DNA of 64,000 nt, from contig CBDIHL010000038.1 in assembly GCA_965279125.1 (NCBI GenBank), positions 124,302 to 188,301 of the forward strand. The letters are read 5' to 3'. Below the pieces are notes generated by a model. The model saw only the letters and a program-made list of their open reading frames with translations, was not told the DNA's origin and did not search any database. Shown here piece by piece: positions 25,428-35,277 of this stretch. A program made the position numbers and the translations under genes. This DNA is from Dinoroseobacter sp. (GTDB lineage: Bacteria; Pseudomonadota; Alphaproteobacteria; Rhodobacterales; Rhodobacteraceae). Position 1 is the first letter of the stretch. The number at the start of each line of letters is the position of its first letter.

Positions 25428-27097
25428 GACGCGTCCAAAATCGTGATGCGCAGCCGGGTCCAGTCCCCCTCGGGCGTCATGTTTGGACCAAGCAGCACAT
25501 CCAGATGGTCGCCCTCAGCCAGTTGAATGCCGTTGAGGTTGATCTTTTGCGGGCCAACAACGATCTGCGCATCGAGCAGCTTGCCATTCAGCATGGTCTT
25601 GATCGTCACGCCATCGGCGCTGAGCGCATCCGGGACCGCCTGAATGACGACCGATACAGTCGCAGGGCCGGTCGCGGTGTAGCGGTGGACCACCGCCAGC
25701 GGATCATCCGCCCCCCAAGCCGACGGAGAGGCCCAATCGGCGCCCGCACGCACGGTCCCGTCCAGATCAAAGCCGAGATAGGGGGTCCAGGGCACGCCAT
25801 TGGTTTCCTGGCCGGGGCGGGTTTGCATGGCGACCTGCTCGCCGCGGTGCAGGACATGGCGGGTGAAGGGGGCCGCGTCGGTATAGGTGAACTGATCAAA
25901 GCTATCGGCAAGCACCCGTTGCGGGCCAAGCATAATGGCCTCGCCAAGGGTTGCAGACGCGGTTTGGCTGCGCACCACCAAAGGATCGGTGCGTGACAGC
26001 ATGTAAGGCGGCTCAAGCGGACGGCCGCGGACGTCAAATACCTGCGCGTTTGGCTCAGCCAGAGCCATCTGTCGCGGTGCCCCCCAGATAACCAGGGTAT
26101 CTTGCCCAAACTGGCAGGCATAGGTGAACGGGTCGGGTGAGGCATCGCGCGCCGGTTTGCCTTCAAGCGTCTTGTGAATGAAGGCGTAGGTTTCGCCCAC
26201 ATCCGTGGCGCTGCCATCATCTTCCAGCAGCGGGATCAAGCCGTCGCCGCGATGGCTGAAAGGATACCAAACCGCGCCGCTCACCCCCGACAGGGCCATT
26301 TGGCAATACATCCGCATCAGGTATCCGGCCGCAATCTCGCCATCCGTTGTGCCGAACTCGGTCACCTCCAGCGGCATCTCTTCCATCCCCGGCACGGCCC
26401 GCATCAGGGCGATCTGGCGGGCGAGTTGTTCGGGCTCGGTCGTGTAGGGATGGATCACGAAAGCGTCCATATGTTTGGCCGCCCCTTGCCGCATCAAGGG
26501 CTCCACCCATGCGATGGGGATCGAATGGGCCGCCCCGCCGAGCATCCGAATGTCAGGATTGACCGCATGCACGGCCTCCTTGGTGGCTTTCAGCAGCGCG
26601 ATATAGGCGGCGGCACGGGTCTCGAAATCTTCGGGCCAGTCTTCGGCGGTGCGGAAGAAATCGGCGTTGAACTCGTTGCCGACCTCGACGCTGTGGATGA
26701 GCGGGAAGCGCTCCACGATACGGGCGGTGTAGTCCGCAAAGGCCGCGCGCCCGTCATCGGTCAAGGGCACGCGCCCACCTTCCCACTTGGGATGACCCGT
26801 ATAGACGAGGAACGTCATCGATGCATCGCGCGCGGTCAGAATTGTCGGATAGGCTTCGCGGCGCGAGCGGAAGACAAGGCTGCCATCGTCTTGTTCGATA
26901 TACTGCCATAAGATCTCGTCGCGGTACTCCGATATGCCAATATCGGCAGCACCTGACAGCGGACCCGGGGCCCATGTTTGGCTGAAATTGGAGGCCGCCC
27001 CAAGGGTCGGGCCGCGCAGCTCGAGCGCGAAGGCCGCCGGAGCACTCAGCGCGACAAGTGCGGTGATCAAGAATGTGTTAAGCCGTGGCATAGGCAT
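25424..27097 (-). CDS. exported clan GH-A-like (TIM-barrel) glycoside hydrolase, putative polysaccharide-processing enzyme
   Basis: Signal peptide MPMPRLNTFLITALVALSAPAAFA. Candidate acid/base VEVGNEFN and nucleophile LEVTEFG spaced as in clan A hydrolases. 4-nt overlap with the downstream GT4 gene. Confidence 0.55.
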   Translation of the reverse strand: MPMPRLNTFLITALVALSAPAAFALELRGPTLGAASNFSQTWAPGPLSGAADIGISEYRDEILWQYIEQDDGSLVFRSRREAYPTILTARDASMTFLVYTGHPKWEGGRVPLTDDGRAAFADYTARIVERFPLIHSVEVGNEFNADFFRTAEDWPEDFETRAAAYIALLKATKEAVHAVNPDIRMLGGAAHSIPIAWVEPLMRQGAAKHMDAFVIHPYTTEPEQLARQIALMRAVPGMEEMPLEVTEFGTTDGEIAAGYLMRMYCQMALSGVSGAVWYPFSHRGDGLIPLLEDDGSATDVGETYAFIHKTLEGKPARDASPDPFTYACQFGQDTLVIWGAPRQMALAEPNAQVFDVRGRPLEPPYMLSRTDPLVVRSQTASATLGEAIMLGPQRVLADSFDQFTYTDAAPFTRHVLHRGEQVAMQTRPGQETNGVPWTPYLGFDLDGTVRAGADWASPSAWGADDPLAVVHRYTATGPATVSVVIQAVPDALSADGVTIKTMLNGKLLDAQIVVGPQKINLNGIQLAEGDHLDVLLGPNMTPEGDWTRLRITILDAS

Positions 27098-28511
27098 AGC
27101 CTCCCGCTTGGGATCTGGATGGGCGTTGGGGCAGGGGGGCTGTGAAGGCACTGCGTGACAAACCGACCGACAGCCCGGCCAAGACATAAAAGAACGTCCC
27201 CAGATTTGGCGTGGGCGCGGTCAGCAAGGCGGCGATCAACAGCGCCAGACAGCCGATCTTGAGCGACTGGATCAGCGCATCGCGCATGTCATTGCAGGTC
27301 TGCGCAGGGGCGCGGGCGAACGACCCGAGAAAGGCAAGATAAAAGGCTGTTCCGATGATCCCGATACTGCCCAGACAAGACAGGAACCAGTTGGATGCGC
27401 GCACGCTGCCCAGCCCGGCGCCCAGGAAGTATGTGTCGGTGAAATTGGCCAGCGCCTGGGTGTTCCAACTTCCGCGTTCCACCCCGGAATCGCTTTCGAG
27501 CTTGTTCAGGAGGGTGTTGTCAAAGAAGGATGTAATCGGCTCAACCAATTGATACCCTGCGACAATCCCGATGGAGCACACCCAAAATCCAATTGCCCCC
27601 GTAAAGATCAGCACGGCCGCGCGCGGCGAAACCTTGCCGCGGCCCGCCAACAGCATCCATCCCAAGGAATAGACCGCCAACAGGGCAACAACCGCCACAT
27701 AAGCCCCTGAGGACGTTGAGCGCAGCACCGAGATTGTCGCCATCAGAAACATCACCGTCACCCATGGCGTCTTCGGCCCGGTGATCCAGTAATGCAGCCA
27801 AATCCCGAACAACCCCAGCGAGAACGCTCCGAAGGTCGAGGCCTCGGGCATCCCCCCGATCATCCGCTTGATCCCGGCCATGCGGTGATTGATCAGCATG
27901 TCGTAATTTGCCGTGCGGATCGGCTCCAGCAGCGCCTCCATCCCGGCGGCAAAGGTGATGACGTCAAGCCAGCCAAGCGCGAAATTGACGGTTGTCACGA
28001 TCATCAAGGCCTTCAGGACCGCCTTCTCGTCAGGGCGCACACGAAACAAGGTGGCGAGCGCCACGAAGCACAACGCCGCAAGCAAAAATAGCATGGATTG
28101 CGAGATGTTCCCGTTCGACGGTTGCAGCGGAACAGAGATGATCCCTTGGGTATTGAGCGCGCGCGACAGGCTGAAAATCTCGGTCTGGCCTGCAAAAATG
28201 CGCGGGAAAAAGAAGCTCGACAGCAGGCAGTAGAGGATCAGCAGCAAAAGCCAGAACCCGGGCTGGCCCGGTCGTAGCGTGCCGAAAAACTGGTTGGGGC
28301 CTTGGGGCATCAGGAAAACGGTCAGCATGAGCGCGCAGATCGCGAACTCCAACTGGCCGATGGTCACCCCGCCGACCGCAGGCAAGTTGAACGCGGCGGC
28401 GGCTCCGAAGGGGGCCACGACCATAAACGCCCACAACCCCTTATACGGCCCAAGCCGGAACAAAAGCGCTATCGCGGCGAGCGATAGAAAGGTGCTCGGG
28501 ACGATTTCCAT
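27078..28511 (-). CDS. O-antigen ligase/polymerase-like (Wzy/ExoQ-type) polytopic membrane protein
   Basis: About 11 hydrophobic helices plus one larger loop, in an EPS cluster context. ATG 28511 chosen over the upstream TTG 28547. Confidence 0.7.
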   Translation of the reverse strand: MEIVPSTFLSLAAIALLFRLGPYKGLWAFMVVAPFGAAAAFNLPAVGGVTIGQLEFAICALMLTVFLMPQGPNQFFGTLRPGQPGFWLLLLILYCLLSSFFFPRIFAGQTEIFSLSRALNTQGIISVPLQPSNGNISQSMLFLLAALCFVALATLFRVRPDEKAVLKALMIVTTVNFALGWLDVITFAAGMEALLEPIRTANYDMLINHRMAGIKRMIGGMPEASTFGAFSLGLFGIWLHYWITGPKTPWVTVMFLMATISVLRSTSSGAYVAVVALLAVYSLGWMLLAGRGKVSPRAAVLIFTGAIGFWVCSIGIVAGYQLVEPITSFFDNTLLNKLESDSGVERGSWNTQALANFTDTYFLGAGLGSVRASNWFLSCLGSIGIIGTAFYLAFLGSFARAPAQTCNDMRDALIQSLKIGCLALLIAALLTAPTPNLGTFFYVLAGLSVGLSRSAFTAPLPQRPSRSQAGGYAYATA

Positions 28512-28655
28512 GGAACTCCGGGACCTGGGCGATACAAACTCAAACAAAGGTAATGAACCGCCACTTGGCTGGAAAGATGGTCAAATTGTGACATCGGCTG
28601 GGTAACTGCGGGCATCAGGCAACGCTTCGCGCGGGGCGGTGATCAACATGCCTAT

Positions 28656-28810
28656 ATTTCAGAGGCTTACGGTAAGCGGTAGGCTGCCAGCCGGATCAAC
28701 CACGCGCTGAAATACACACCGCAAGCGCCATTTGGCGGGTTTTTGGCGAAACAAATAAGACGGCGACGTAGGGACTGTTTCCAAAACAACGTCAAATAAG
28801 CCTCTGAAAT
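28656..28810. repeat. 14-bp perfect inverted repeat pair (ATTTCAGAGGCTTA / TAAGCCTCTGAAAT) bracketing 127 bp
   Basis: Arms at 28656-28669 and 28797-28810, inside the 454-bp divergent wzy/wzc intergenic region. Confidence 0.6.
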
Positions 28811-28965
28811 GGCGATAAAATTGACAGATTGCCCTATTCCGGTCTCTTTCAAATGCCATGAAGGGCGCGAGCGAAAAGGAGATGTCGCGCAGCGTGCCCT
28901 GAAGGCGCGTTCTAAAAGCGGCATCGGTATGCCTGCGCAAAGTGGTGAGTAATGTTGGGTAACAC

Positions 28966-31098
28966 ATGAACAGCGGCCTTCTAAAGCCAGAGACGTTGCG
29001 CCTTGGCAGCCGCGTCAGCCAGCCTGTTGATCAAGGCGACCCCGATGCGATTGAGCTGCGGGCGCTGGGACAGGTGTTCCGGCGGCGCTGGATGCTGTTG
29101 CTTGGTGCGGCGCTGACGGCGGGAACGGTGGTCTATCTGCTCGTATCCTTGATGACGCCCAGCTACACCGCAATGGCCAAGCTGATCCTTGATCCGCGCA
29201 AAGCTCAGATCTTCACCGATGGCGAGGTTGTTGCTGATCTGGACCCATCCGTTCAGATCATGAATGGCGAGATCGCGATTTTGCAATCGAACTTGCTGAT
29301 GGAAGATGTCATCAATGCCATCGGCTTTGAGGCGCTGTCCGAGATTGATCCGTATGCTGGCAGCGGTCCGGTTGAAACGATGGACCCTGCCGAAGCATCC
29401 GAGCGGATGCATACGCTGGTCTGGGTGATCCAGGAAGACCTGAGTGTCTACGCCCAATCCGACAGCTATGTGATCGTGGTCGAATACACGTCCCAGTTCC
29501 CCGATCTGGCCTATGCCATCACCAACATGCTGGTAGACCGCTACATTGCGCTGCAGGTTGAAGGACGGCGCGACACGGTGGGTCAAGCGACGATCTGGCT
29601 GGAAGACCGGCTGGGAACCTTGGCAGACGAGGTTGCGGAAAAAGAAGAAGCCATCGCAATGATGCGCACCGAAAGCCTGCTGACCAATGGCGGAGCGCTG
29701 GAGAACGCGACACAACAGATCACCACTTTGAACAACCAACTGGTCGTGGCCAGTGGCGAGCGCGTGGCCGCGCAAGCGCAAGTCCAGTTGCTCGACCGTC
29801 TGTTGGCCGCCGACAGCTTGGACGAGGCCGTCACAGTCGTCTCCAGCCCCACGATTGAAGCCCTGCGCGTCCAGGCGGTGGAATTGCGCCGTCAGGATGC
29901 GGTCTGGGCCGAAACGGTTGGGCCAGAACACCCCCGGCGTGCACCGATCCTTGCTGATCTTGGCCGCATACAGGAGGGTATCGCCGCCGAAGTGTTGAAT
30001 GTGCGCGAAGTGCGCCGCAGCGAAGCCGAAGTGGCGCAGTTCCGTGAGTTGAGCCTGCGCGAAAGCATCGTGCAGATGGAAGAGCGCGTCTTGCAGATCT
30101 CGCGCGGCGAGATTGGCCTGCGCCAGTTGGAACGCGAAGCGGTGGCCGCGCGCCAAACCTATGAAACATTACTGGCCCGCCTGACCGAAACGCGCACGCA
30201 GCAGCGTTTGCAAAAGGCCGATGCCAAACTGATCGAACGCGCGACCTTGCCCACATCGCCCTCGGCCCCGCGCCCCAAGATGATGGCCGCGCTTGCCGCC
30301 GCTGTTGCCTTGTCGCTGGCCGCCATTGCCGTCTTTTTTAACGAGATGACCGCCACCACCTTCCGCACCGCCCGGGAGGTTGTGCGCGAAACCGGTCTGC
30401 CGGTGGTGGCGACCTTGCCGGCGGCCAAGTGGAACTCGCTGAAAGGGGCGATCAAGGATCTGCGCAAGAACCCATACTCGCCTTACGCCGAGCGCATCCG
30501 ACAATTGCGCACGACCGTGTTGATGCGCGATGAGACGCGGATATCGGAATCGGTGATGATCCTGTCCTCGGCCCCCGGCGAAGGCAAAACCATGACCGCC
30601 GTTGCCCTGGCCGAGATGGCCGCGAAGGTCGGCCGCTCGGTCATCATCGTGGATTGCGATTTGCGCCGCAGCACGTTGCAAGGCGCGTTTCGCTGGAAGA
30701 TGAAGCACGATATCGCAGACTACATCAGTGGCCGGGTCACGCTCCAGGACGCGATTTATTCGCCGAGCGAGTTGCCGTTTGACGTTCTCGTCGGGTCTGG
30801 CCCACGTCCCGATGTGGCGGAAGAGCTGTCGACGATCTGGCTCAAGCCAATGGTCGATGACCTCAAATCCATCTATGACGTGGTGATCGTCGATGGCCCG
30901 GCCCTTTTGGCTGTTGCTGATGCGGTCATCATCGCGCGCGCCGTCGAGACCCGCCTGTACCTGATCGAGCATGACGAGACCCAGCGCAGCGAAGTGCGCG
31001 ACGGTCTCAACATGCTCTATGAGATGTCGCTGGGGGTGGACGGTGTCATCCTCAACAAATCCCCGATCGAGCAGCAAGGATATTACCGGTATGACTGA
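28966..31098 (+). CDS. polysaccharide co-polymerase / BY-family tyrosine autokinase (Wzc/ExoP/GumC type)
   Basis: Two TMs flank a long coiled periplasmic region. C-terminal kinase with Walker A SSAPGEGKT, A' VIIVDCDLRR, B YDVVIVDGPA. Tyr-rich tail QQGYYRYD. Confidence 0.85.
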   Translation: MNSGLLKPETLRLGSRVSQPVDQGDPDAIELRALGQVFRRRWMLLLGAALTAGTVVYLLVSLMTPSYTAMAKLILDPRKAQIFTDGEVVADLDPSVQIMNGEIAILQSNLLMEDVINAIGFEALSEIDPYAGSGPVETMDPAEASERMHTLVWVIQEDLSVYAQSDSYVIVVEYTSQFPDLAYAITNMLVDRYIALQVEGRRDTVGQATIWLEDRLGTLADEVAEKEEAIAMMRTESLLTNGGALENATQQITTLNNQLVVASGERVAAQAQVQLLDRLLAADSLDEAVTVVSSPTIEALRVQAVELRRQDAVWAETVGPEHPRRAPILADLGRIQEGIAAEVLNVREVRRSEAEVAQFRELSLRESIVQMEERVLQISRGEIGLRQLEREAVAARQTYETLLARLTETRTQQRLQKADAKLIERATLPTSPSAPRPKMMAALAAAVALSLAAIAVFFNEMTATTFRTAREVVRETGLPVVATLPAAKWNSLKGAIKDLRKNPYSPYAERIRQLRTTVLMRDETRISESVMILSSAPGEGKTMTAVALAEMAAKVGRSVIIVDCDLRRSTLQGAFRWKMKHDIADYISGRVTLQDAIYSPSELPFDVLVGSGPRPDVAEELSTIWLKPMVDDLKSIYDVVIVDGPALLAVADAVIIARAVETRLYLIEHDETQRSEVRDGLNMLYEMSLGVDGVILNKSPIEQQGYYRYD

Positions 31099-31183
31099 GT
31101 TACGTGGCGCTGCCTCTTTGTCTCATCTCGGCTCGGTGCCCGTTGGCGGGCTGTCGCGGCCAAATCTGTCGCGGGGCACACCG

Positions 31184-32317
31184 ATGAAGGTGGCCCTGAT
31201 CCATTACTGGCTGGTGGGGATGCGTGGTGGCGAGAAGGTGCTGGAATCCTTGTGCCGCATGTTCCCACAGGCGGATATCTTCACCCATGTTTATGACCCC
31301 GATCGCGTCAGCCCATTGATACGACGCCATAAAGTGACCACCACGTCCATCGCGCGGCTGCCGATGGCCAACAAGATGTACACCAAATACGTCTCCAAAA
31401 TGCCCCGCGCTTTGGAGGAACTGGACCTGTCGGGCTATGATCTGGTGATCTCATCGGAATCCGGGCCCGCAAAGGGCGTGATCGTCCCGCCAGAGGCCAA
31501 GCATCTGTGCTATGTGCATTCGCCCATGCGCTATATCTGGGATCATTACGGGGTCTACCGCGCCAATACTGACCCGGTAACGCGCCATATGATGTCCAAA
31601 CTGACCTCGGATCTGCGCACATGGGATGTGGTCAGCGCCGCGCGCGTGGATGACTTCGCGGCCAATTCCCGCTTTGTCCAGAACCGGATCGAGAAATACT
31701 GGCGCCGCCCGTCGCGCGTGATCCACCCGCCTGTCGATGTGGCCGGGTTTGCGCCAACGCCAAACACCGAGTTGGGGTCGTTCTACCTCTATGCGGGCGA
31801 GTTGAACGCCTATAAGCGCGCCGATTTGGCCGTGGAGGCCTTTACCAAGCTTGGCTTGCCGCTGGTGGTGATCGGTGGCCCTGACAAAGCCGCCCGCGAA
31901 TTGGCCCAGAACGCTGGGACCAATGTGCGCTTCTTGGGCCGGGTGTCCGACGAAAAGCTGCGCCGCTATTTTGCCGCCTGCCGCGCGCTGATTTTCCCCG
32001 GCGAAGAGGATTTCGGCATTCTTCCGGTCGAGGTCATGGCCGCTGGTCGTCCGGTGATCGCCTATGGAAAGGGCGGTGTGCTCGACACGGTTATTGATGG
32101 CGAGACGGGGCTATATTTTGAGGAGCAAACGCTCGACAGCTTGATGACGGCCGTCCGCACCTTCGAAGATGAGCGCCGCTATGAAGTCGATGCGTCCAAG
32201 CTGATCGCCCATGCGCAACGGTTTGATGAAGACAATTTCCGCTCGGGCATGACCGGATTGCTGGCCTCCCACGGGATCCGCCCGGGGCAGATGGCCGCGC
32301 TATCGGTCGCGGGCTAA
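31184..32317 (+). CDS. glycosyltransferase family 4 (GT-B)
   Basis: MKVALIHYWLVGMRGGEKVLE N-terminus and E-x7-E region PGEEDFGILPVEVMAAGRPVIAYGKGG. An alternative ATG at 31091 overlaps the Wzc stop. Confidence 0.8.
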   Translation: MKVALIHYWLVGMRGGEKVLESLCRMFPQADIFTHVYDPDRVSPLIRRHKVTTTSIARLPMANKMYTKYVSKMPRALEELDLSGYDLVISSESGPAKGVIVPPEAKHLCYVHSPMRYIWDHYGVYRANTDPVTRHMMSKLTSDLRTWDVVSAARVDDFAANSRFVQNRIEKYWRRPSRVIHPPVDVAGFAPTPNTELGSFYLYAGELNAYKRADLAVEAFTKLGLPLVVIGGPDKAARELAQNAGTNVRFLGRVSDEKLRRYFAACRALIFPGEEDFGILPVEVMAAGRPVIAYGKGGVLDTVIDGETGLYFEEQTLDSLMTAVRTFEDERRYEVDASKLIAHAQRFDEDNFRSGMTGLLASHGIRPGQMAALSVAG

Positions 32318-32335
32318 GATCAGCGGTCCGATGCC

Positions 32336-33757
32336 ATGAGCGCGCTGTCTTCCTTGTTTTCGCCCTATGCGGTCGGTGTGGCCGCGCGGGTTGGTGCCCA
32401 GATCAATGGATTTGCGCTGATTATGGTCGCCTCGCGCGCCCTCGATCTGGGGGCGTTCGGCAGTTATGCGATTGCATGGGCGGTCTCAACGATCTTCACG
32501 ACGCTGGTGTATACCGGGATTTACCATGTTCTGCTGCGCACCAAGGAATTTGAGCGCAATGTTGATACTTATTTCTGGCTGCAATTGGGTATGGGGCTGC
32601 TGGGCACGCTGGTGATGGCCTCAGCCGGCCTGATGATCGGGGATATCGGGGCAGGGGGCGCAGCCTTCGCCTTGCTGTGTTTGGCCCCGATCCCTGCAAT
32701 AGCGACCTTAAGCGCATGGAATGAGGCGCAACTGATGCGTCGGGGATGGCTGCGTGTGACAAGTCTGTCGGTGTTGGCGTCCGAGGTCACAGGCCTGGTC
32801 GCGGCGTTGGCGATGTTTCGCATCGGCTACGGGATCGAGGCATTGGTCGCGTCGCGCTACGCCTCAACTTTGTTTGCCGTGCTGCTGTCGAGCGCCTTCG
32901 TGCGCCGCCTTCCACGTTTGAGCCTGCGCCGCGACGTCAGCCGTGCGTCCTTGGGCGAGGCGTGGCCGCTTTGGGGATCCGCTACGTTGGGCATGTTGTC
33001 CAATTACGGTGCAGATCTGATCCTTGGGGCATTCCTGAACTCGGGCGCTGTCGGGGCTTACCGCGCAGGCTCGCGCGTTGCCAACACCGCCGCCGATGTC
33101 GTCTTGCAACCGCTAGCCGCGATCAGCTGGGCGCGGTTCGCGCGGCTTGAGGCGCAAAGTGCTCAAGGCGAAATTCGCGATGCATGGGTGCAAAACATGG
33201 CGCTTGGCTTTGCCTTGATTACCCCGGTTATGGTCTCGATCAGTTTGCTGGCCGAGCCGATCGTGGCCGCCCTGTTCGACCCAAGCTGGGGGGCGGTGGC
33301 CGTGATCGTATCGATCCTCGCCTTAGGGCGCGCGACCGATAGCATGACCTTCCTGCTTGAGCCGACAATGACCTGCCTCGGGCGCACGCGGGTGCAGTTC
33401 TACGTGCAAGTGGCCGGGGCGGCTTTGATGGCAACAGCGCTGTTGTCCTTCGGGCGCAGTTCGGGCGAGGCGGCGGCCTTCGCGGTTCTGATCAGCAACC
33501 TCGCGGTTGCACTGCTCGCCGTCAGCTTGATGATGTCGGCCACGAAACTGCGCGTATCCGAGGTGTTCGAAGCCTTACTGCCCGGCCTCGGCCTCACGGC
33601 GGTCTGTGTTCTGGTGATCTATGTGCTGGACCCCGCGCGCGAGATGATGAGCCCGGTTGCAGGCCTTGCGATGACCATCGCGGCGCTCGCGGTGCTCTGG
33701 GGGGCAGTTGTCGGAACGCTACTAAAGCGCAAAGTTCTTGTGTTGCCAACGCCTTAG
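32336..33757 (+). CDS. polysaccharide flippase (Wzx / MOP superfamily)
   Basis: 473-aa protein with about 12-14 TMs and a Wzx-like hydrophobicity pattern, in an EPS cluster context. Confidence 0.75.
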   Translation: MSALSSLFSPYAVGVAARVGAQINGFALIMVASRALDLGAFGSYAIAWAVSTIFTTLVYTGIYHVLLRTKEFERNVDTYFWLQLGMGLLGTLVMASAGLMIGDIGAGGAAFALLCLAPIPAIATLSAWNEAQLMRRGWLRVTSLSVLASEVTGLVAALAMFRIGYGIEALVASRYASTLFAVLLSSAFVRRLPRLSLRRDVSRASLGEAWPLWGSATLGMLSNYGADLILGAFLNSGAVGAYRAGSRVANTAADVVLQPLAAISWARFARLEAQSAQGEIRDAWVQNMALGFALITPVMVSISLLAEPIVAALFDPSWGAVAVIVSILALGRATDSMTFLLEPTMTCLGRTRVQFYVQVAGAALMATALLSFGRSSGEAAAFAVLISNLAVALLAVSLMMSATKLRVSEVFEALLPGLGLTAVCVLVIYVLDPAREMMSPVAGLAMTIAALAVLWGAVVGTLLKRKVLVLPTP

Positions 33758-35277
33758 CGATAGCGCACATCCACAATAACGCGGTCTTTGTCGATGCGGT
33801 CGATATGGTGGCATCCAATGATCCCGGGCGCGTCTGAGGGCGTGATATGGCGGACACGTCGCTCGGCATATGTATCCAGCGTCAAATCCTCGATCTCCAT
33901 GATGTTCAGTCCATAGCCATAGGTGCTGTGCGTGTTGTCTTGCGAGGGTCGGTACAGCTTGCCGTCCTGCTGGAACACACGCCCCGCGCCGCGCGCCCTG
34001 TCCGCGCCGACAACAATCGGGTTCAGTTGATGCGGCTCGAGCCTGTTCAGGGCAGGACTGTCAACGCGGAAGGCGTAAAGCTCGCCACAGAAATCCGAAA
34101 AACTGTCGCGGCAGATATTGGTGAACAGCCACCAAGCGCCGTCATACTGAAACAAGGTCGTGTCAGCGCAGCGCACATCTTCGAGGAGCGTTTTCTCGAG
34201 CGCCCATTTCAACGGATAATCGGTCGCGCGCCATAGCTCTTGCCGCGCGATCTGGCCGCTTTCCATAAGCATGTAAACTGCGCCCTCATAGTCAAAAACA
34301 TGGGGGTAGGACAAATGATGCGCGGGGCAGTGGGTGTCGCCAAGCACGTGCAGATCTGCGCCATCCAATCGGGCGACCGCAAGATGTCCCAGGCCACGCA
34401 CATAATCGAAGTCTTCATAAAAAACATGGGTTTCTGCGCCTGATGTATGGCTGAATGGATCAGCCCAAAAGTGACCCTTTGGCGCGTCAAGCTGATGACC
34501 AGAAGCAAGGTCGAAATTGAGCGGAGAGCCATCGCAGACCCGCAATTCAAAGCGGCCCGGGCGACCGCCGAAGCGTGCGCGAAGTTTATCGCGCAAGCGG
34601 CGCAGGACCTCAGTGACGACCCGGCCTCCATAGGCGATGAAAGCCAGCGGTTTTGGTACAGCAGGACGCGGGTCGACCTCTTGCGGGCAAAGCGGTGCGT
34701 CTAGATTGGCAAGCGCGTGCAGCACAAGATGCACAGCCTTGTCGCGAAGATAGGCCCGGTTGCGTGTGGCCAAGAATTTGACATCGTAATTGGCCGCGAC
34801 GCGTCTATACCACGCGCCCTTATTGCGGGACGTCAGACTAATTTGCGACATTGAGGCCCCTGAAAAGGACGCCTCGAGCCCCGCGATCTGCGACGTAGTT
34901 GAGACCCGCCAAAGCCCGTGCGTTGCCATATCGGCCAAAGTATCTATGTCCGTGCCACAGGCCTCTGCAAGGTCAAGGATCACGTCGATACCCTGCAACG
35001 CGCCATTGGCAATGGGTCCGACTTCTGGCCTTACCTGATCAAAATTGGGCGTCAGAACCTCGGCACAAGGCACGCCAAACCGTGCCTCAATCGCAAGATA
35101 GCCATCGATTATGCGACCAAAGGGATTAGCGTCGGTTTCGGAATACTCCAGCCTTACTAAATCGAACCTTGGATCTTCACAAAGCGCCTCCAGCAACCGG
35201 AGTTGACCTGGATCCCACCGACCTTCGGGCGGAACAATCGCTGCGATACGCAAGGGGGGGGATTCAGCTTTCAACAT
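33754..35277 (-). CDS. conserved-looking hypothetical protein (function unknown; possibly a polysaccharide-modifying enzyme)
   Basis: Long uninterrupted ORF, 14-nt overlap with the upstream DUF707-like gene. Motifs HFWADPF, YEDFDY, DGAWWLF. I recall similar proteins being annotated formyltransferase-like or GINT1-N-like, but cannot verify this here. Confidence 0.4.
   Translation of the reverse strand: MLKAESPPLRIAAIVPPEGRWDPGQLRLLEALCEDPRFDLVRLEYSETDANPFGRIIDGYLAIEARFGVPCAEVLTPNFDQVRPEVGPIANGALQGIDVILDLAEACGTDIDTLADMATHGLWRVSTTSQIAGLEASFSGASMSQISLTSRNKGAWYRRVAANYDVKFLATRNRAYLRDKAVHLVLHALANLDAPLCPQEVDPRPAVPKPLAFIAYGGRVVTEVLRRLRDKLRARFGGRPGRFELRVCDGSPLNFDLASGHQLDAPKGHFWADPFSHTSGAETHVFYEDFDYVRGLGHLAVARLDGADLHVLGDTHCPAHHLSYPHVFDYEGAVYMLMESGQIARQELWRATDYPLKWALEKTLLEDVRCADTTLFQYDGAWWLFTNICRDSFSDFCGELYAFRVDSPALNRLEPHQLNPIVVGADRARGAGRVFQQDGKLYRPSQDNTHSTYGYGLNIMEIEDLTLDTYAERRVRHITPSDAPGIIGCHHIDRIDKDRVIVDVRYR

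Noticed and set aside
28659-28967. 102-aa and 85-aa minus-strand ORFs in the wzy/wzc intergenic region
   Set aside because: They have no RBS or recognisable motifs and run into the wzc start. The region is better explained as regulatory DNA (see the inverted-repeat finding).
28981-31077. Two long minus-strand ORFs (28981-30156, 30169-31077) inside the Wzc/ExoP gene
   Set aside because: They are antisense shadows. The plus-strand product has a complete BY-kinase motif set and the expected topology.
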